Below, in pieces: positions 61,891-64,000 of a DNA stretch of 64,000 nucleotides. The stretch is from a virus (taxonomy: Duplodnaviria > Caudoviricetes), in the IMG/VR virus record IMGVR_UViG_3300042013_000067, positions 32,001-96,000 of that record. One strand, written 5' to 3'. The first letter of the stretch is position 1. Every line of letters starts with the position of its first letter. The notes beneath the pieces are model-generated. The model saw only the letters and a program-made list of their open reading frames with translations, made no database searches and was not told the DNA's origin. A program made the position numbers and the translations under genes.

Positions 61891-63111
61891 ATGAGCCGTG
61901 AACTCCAGCACCTGTTCGGATCGATCGCAATCGACCCACAGGAAGAACCCAAGAAGAAAAACCCGAATGTCGCTACCAATGTGCGCTATGAGTTTTATAG
62001 CACCATGCGTAAGAAGATATTCTGGCGAGACTCACGTGGTGTTGTGGCCATCGAAGGTCCTAATGCGGCCACCAGTGGCGAAGCGTTTTACATCACGGTT
62101 GAGTACGATCTACAAACTAATGTCGAGTTAGACACTCGTGAGCTTTTTGCCTCCTTCAACCTACCGGACTCCAGTCCGCTGCGTAAAGAACTCTACAACC
62201 GCATCAACGCACTGGCCAACACCGTAAGCTGGAACAGCAACCGTCGGTTCCGTTACACGGTGGCTGTCACAGCAGACCAGATCGAGGCTGCGGGTGGCGT
62301 GGTGTATCTGCGTGACTTTGATCTGATCGTCGGCTACGAGTATCTGCGCGAAGAAGCGCTACACCCGTATTCGCAAGAAGGTCAGCTGGCTCGGATGCGC
62401 CAACAGATGCAATATGGTAACCAAGGGGCTAACCTGCGGTTCGTATTAATCGACAATACCGGTAAGGTAGAACCGGTGTGGTACAACAACGGGATTGTTG
62501 TAGTCGAAATAAAACCCCAGCGGGATGTCCAGCTGGCGGATGGGCTTTATGTCTTCTACCAGTATCGGGAAGGCGAGGAAGTACAAGCGGAGTTTCTTTC
62601 GCTCGTAGATTCCAAGGCTAAGTACCATTTGTTCGACACCCGGATAGAAGCGGTTAATCTGGGCAAGCTGGACAAGATGTTAGAACGGCTGAAATACGAC
62701 AACGAAGCCGTGTTGTTAGAGATGAAGCAACAACTGGCTACCACCGAGATCGAGCAGAAGCGCGAGAAGGTAGAGCTGGAGCGTGAGAAACAAAGACTGC
62801 AAGCAGAGCGTGAGGAAGACGAACGCCGTCGTAAGGAAGAGCAGACTGAACTAGACGCCAGAGAGCGCCGATTCCAGGAAGACCATTCACGACAGATGGC
62901 CAACATTAAAATGGAGCGTGAACGCATCGAGTGGGAGCGGAGCCAGTGGGGAGAACGGCAACGCTTTGACATGGACATGCGAACCCGTGTGCAACGAGAC
63001 AACAACGATGCCGTAAAGAATGTCTTTGAAGTACTGAAAATCGGGGTTGGGCTATTAGGCCCGTTGATTTCGGCATATGTCCTTTTTAAAGGCGGTGTCG
63101 GTAAGAAGTAA
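61891..63111 (+). CDS. Conserved coiled-coil protein with C-terminal membrane anchor (phiKZ gp122-like)
   Basis: 406 aa, E/R/K/Q-rich coiled coil, terminal IGVGLLGPLISAYVLF. Confidence 0.75.
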   Translation: MSRELQHLFGSIAIDPQEEPKKKNPNVATNVRYEFYSTMRKKIFWRDSRGVVAIEGPNAATSGEAFYITVEYDLQTNVELDTRELFASFNLPDSSPLRKELYNRINALANTVSWNSNRRFRYTVAVTADQIEAAGGVVYLRDFDLIVGYEYLREEALHPYSQEGQLARMRQQMQYGNQGANLRFVLIDNTGKVEPVWYNNGIVVVEIKPQRDVQLADGLYVFYQYREGEEVQAEFLSLVDSKAKYHLFDTRIEAVNLGKLDKMLERLKYDNEAVLLEMKQQLATTEIEQKREKVELEREKQRLQAEREEDERRRKEEQTELDARERRFQEDHSRQMANIKMERERIEWERSQWGERQRFDMDMRTRVQRDNNDAVKNVFEVLKIGVGLLGPLISAYVLFKGGVGKK

Positions 63112-63133
63112 CGTGTGATGCTGGGGAGCTACT

Positions 63134-64000
63134 ATGCACAACAAAATGGTTGAGCGTGTCATGGGACGTATCGCCCCCTTTACGGAGACAATTGCGGAAG
63201 GGTTAGCCTACGAGCACATGATGGGCAAGCCAAGGGGTCGTGATAACGAAGTAACAATCAACAACACGATGGCCTACAATGAACGCGTGATCCGGGTGAA
63301 CCAAGTATTGTTTCCCCCAGGATTGCGGTTCGAAGGTAGCAGGATGTGCACTGCTATCGAACACTTCGAGAAGATCACCCACGAGTACCAAAGCAAGCGC
63401 ACGGCCAACATAGCCCCTCACAGCACCTACATGGTGGAATACAACTTCAGCTATGATGCTGGGGATGGCAAGGGACGTGTAGATCTAATGCCGCGCTACG
63501 TACTGCTGCCGTTTGTACGGCCAGGTGGGCTGATGGATCTCAACGGAGCGACCTATAACCTGTCACCTATTCTGGCAGACATCGGTTATTCGGTAAGCCG
63601 CAACAGCATCTTCGTACCCTTCCGTCGGGCGAAGCTCACCTTCAACCGGGTGGACTATCGTTACATGAAAGACGGTAAGCTGGAGATCGTTTACATCATC
63701 TGGTCGACTGTGCACCAGGAAATGCATAACCGCAAGAACTCCGATCGCAATGATCGGCAGCACATCGAAAGCTGCATGGCTCACTACTTCTTCTGCGAGT
63801 ATGGGGTCAAGGAAGCATTCAAGCGCTGGGGTAATGCTGATGTAGAGATTGTCCATCGTAATGACCTGAAGAACTATCCACGGAGCAAGTTCCACATCTA
63901 CGAGTCCTGCGTGACCCGTAGTCGTCATCCGGCAGGTGATGTCTGCTTGGTGTTGCCTAAGGAACAAGTCTCGAAGTTTACGGACATGTTGGTTGGCGGG
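63134..64000 (+). CDS. rpoB: Non-virion RNA polymerase beta subunit, N-terminal part (phiKZ gp123-like), partial
   Basis: Not in the ORF track because it has no stop in the window; ATG 63134 after GGGGAG; translates MHNKMVERV...YVLLPFVRPGGLMDLNGATYNLSPILAD...FVPFRRAKLTF. Confidence 0.8.
   Translation, partial: MHNKMVERVMGRIAPFTETIAEGLAYEHMMGKPRGRDNEVTINNTMAYNERVIRVNQVLFPPGLRFEGSRMCTAIEHFEKITHEYQSKRTANIAPHSTYMVEYNFSYDAGDGKGRVDLMPRYVLLPFVRPGGLMDLNGATYNLSPILADIGYSVSRNSIFVPFRRAKLTFNRVDYRYMKDGKLEIVYIIWSTVHQEMHNRKNSDRNDRQHIESCMAHYFFCEYGVKEAFKRWGNADVEIVHRNDLKNYPRSKFHIYESCVTRSRHPAGDVCLVLPKEQVSKFTDMLVGG

Noticed and set aside
1-64000. Alternative genetic code (stop-codon reassignment), seen in some jumbo phages
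   Set aside because: Core genes are full length under code 11 and end with TAA, TGA or TAG (for example TAG at 47519 and 28416)

Overview
64-kb segment of a nucleus-forming, phiKZ-like (Chimalliviridae) jumbo myophage, most likely infecting Pseudomonas (it carries close homologues of Pseudomonas PhaZ and AmrZ). Gene order follows the phiKZ core from about gp64 to gp123: SbcD nuclease, ChmC-like RNA-binding protein, nvRNAP subunits (gp68, gp71-73, gp74 and partial gp123 like), PicA/Imp1-like importer, SF2 helicase, a vRNAP beta' subunit, the exonuclease-bearing half of the split family-B DNA polymerase, baseplate/head/inner-body proteins, DnaB-like helicase and the major capsid protein. All family assignments are from recalled motifs and synteny; no database search was run. 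Main observations: (1) two candidate programmed -1 frameshifts that the ORF track misses. One is an in-phase A-AAA-AAG with a downstream stem that would fuse the DNA polymerase subunit to a possibly NADAR-like domain lacking its own start. The other is G-TTT-TTC, joining a T4 gp26-like chaperone to a gp51-like tail in a G/GT-type arrangement. (2) A minus-strand run of polymerase, NADAR-like ORF, PHA depolymerase and MazG-like gene that may override host starvation physiology. (3) Accessory counter-defence/host-control candidates: AmrZ mimic, DarG-like macrodomain, Gp49/Acb4-like protein. (4) A family of CATAAAG-stem-loop-TATG hairpins at operon boundaries. No tRNA, rRNA, CRISPR array, intron or transposase was recognised.
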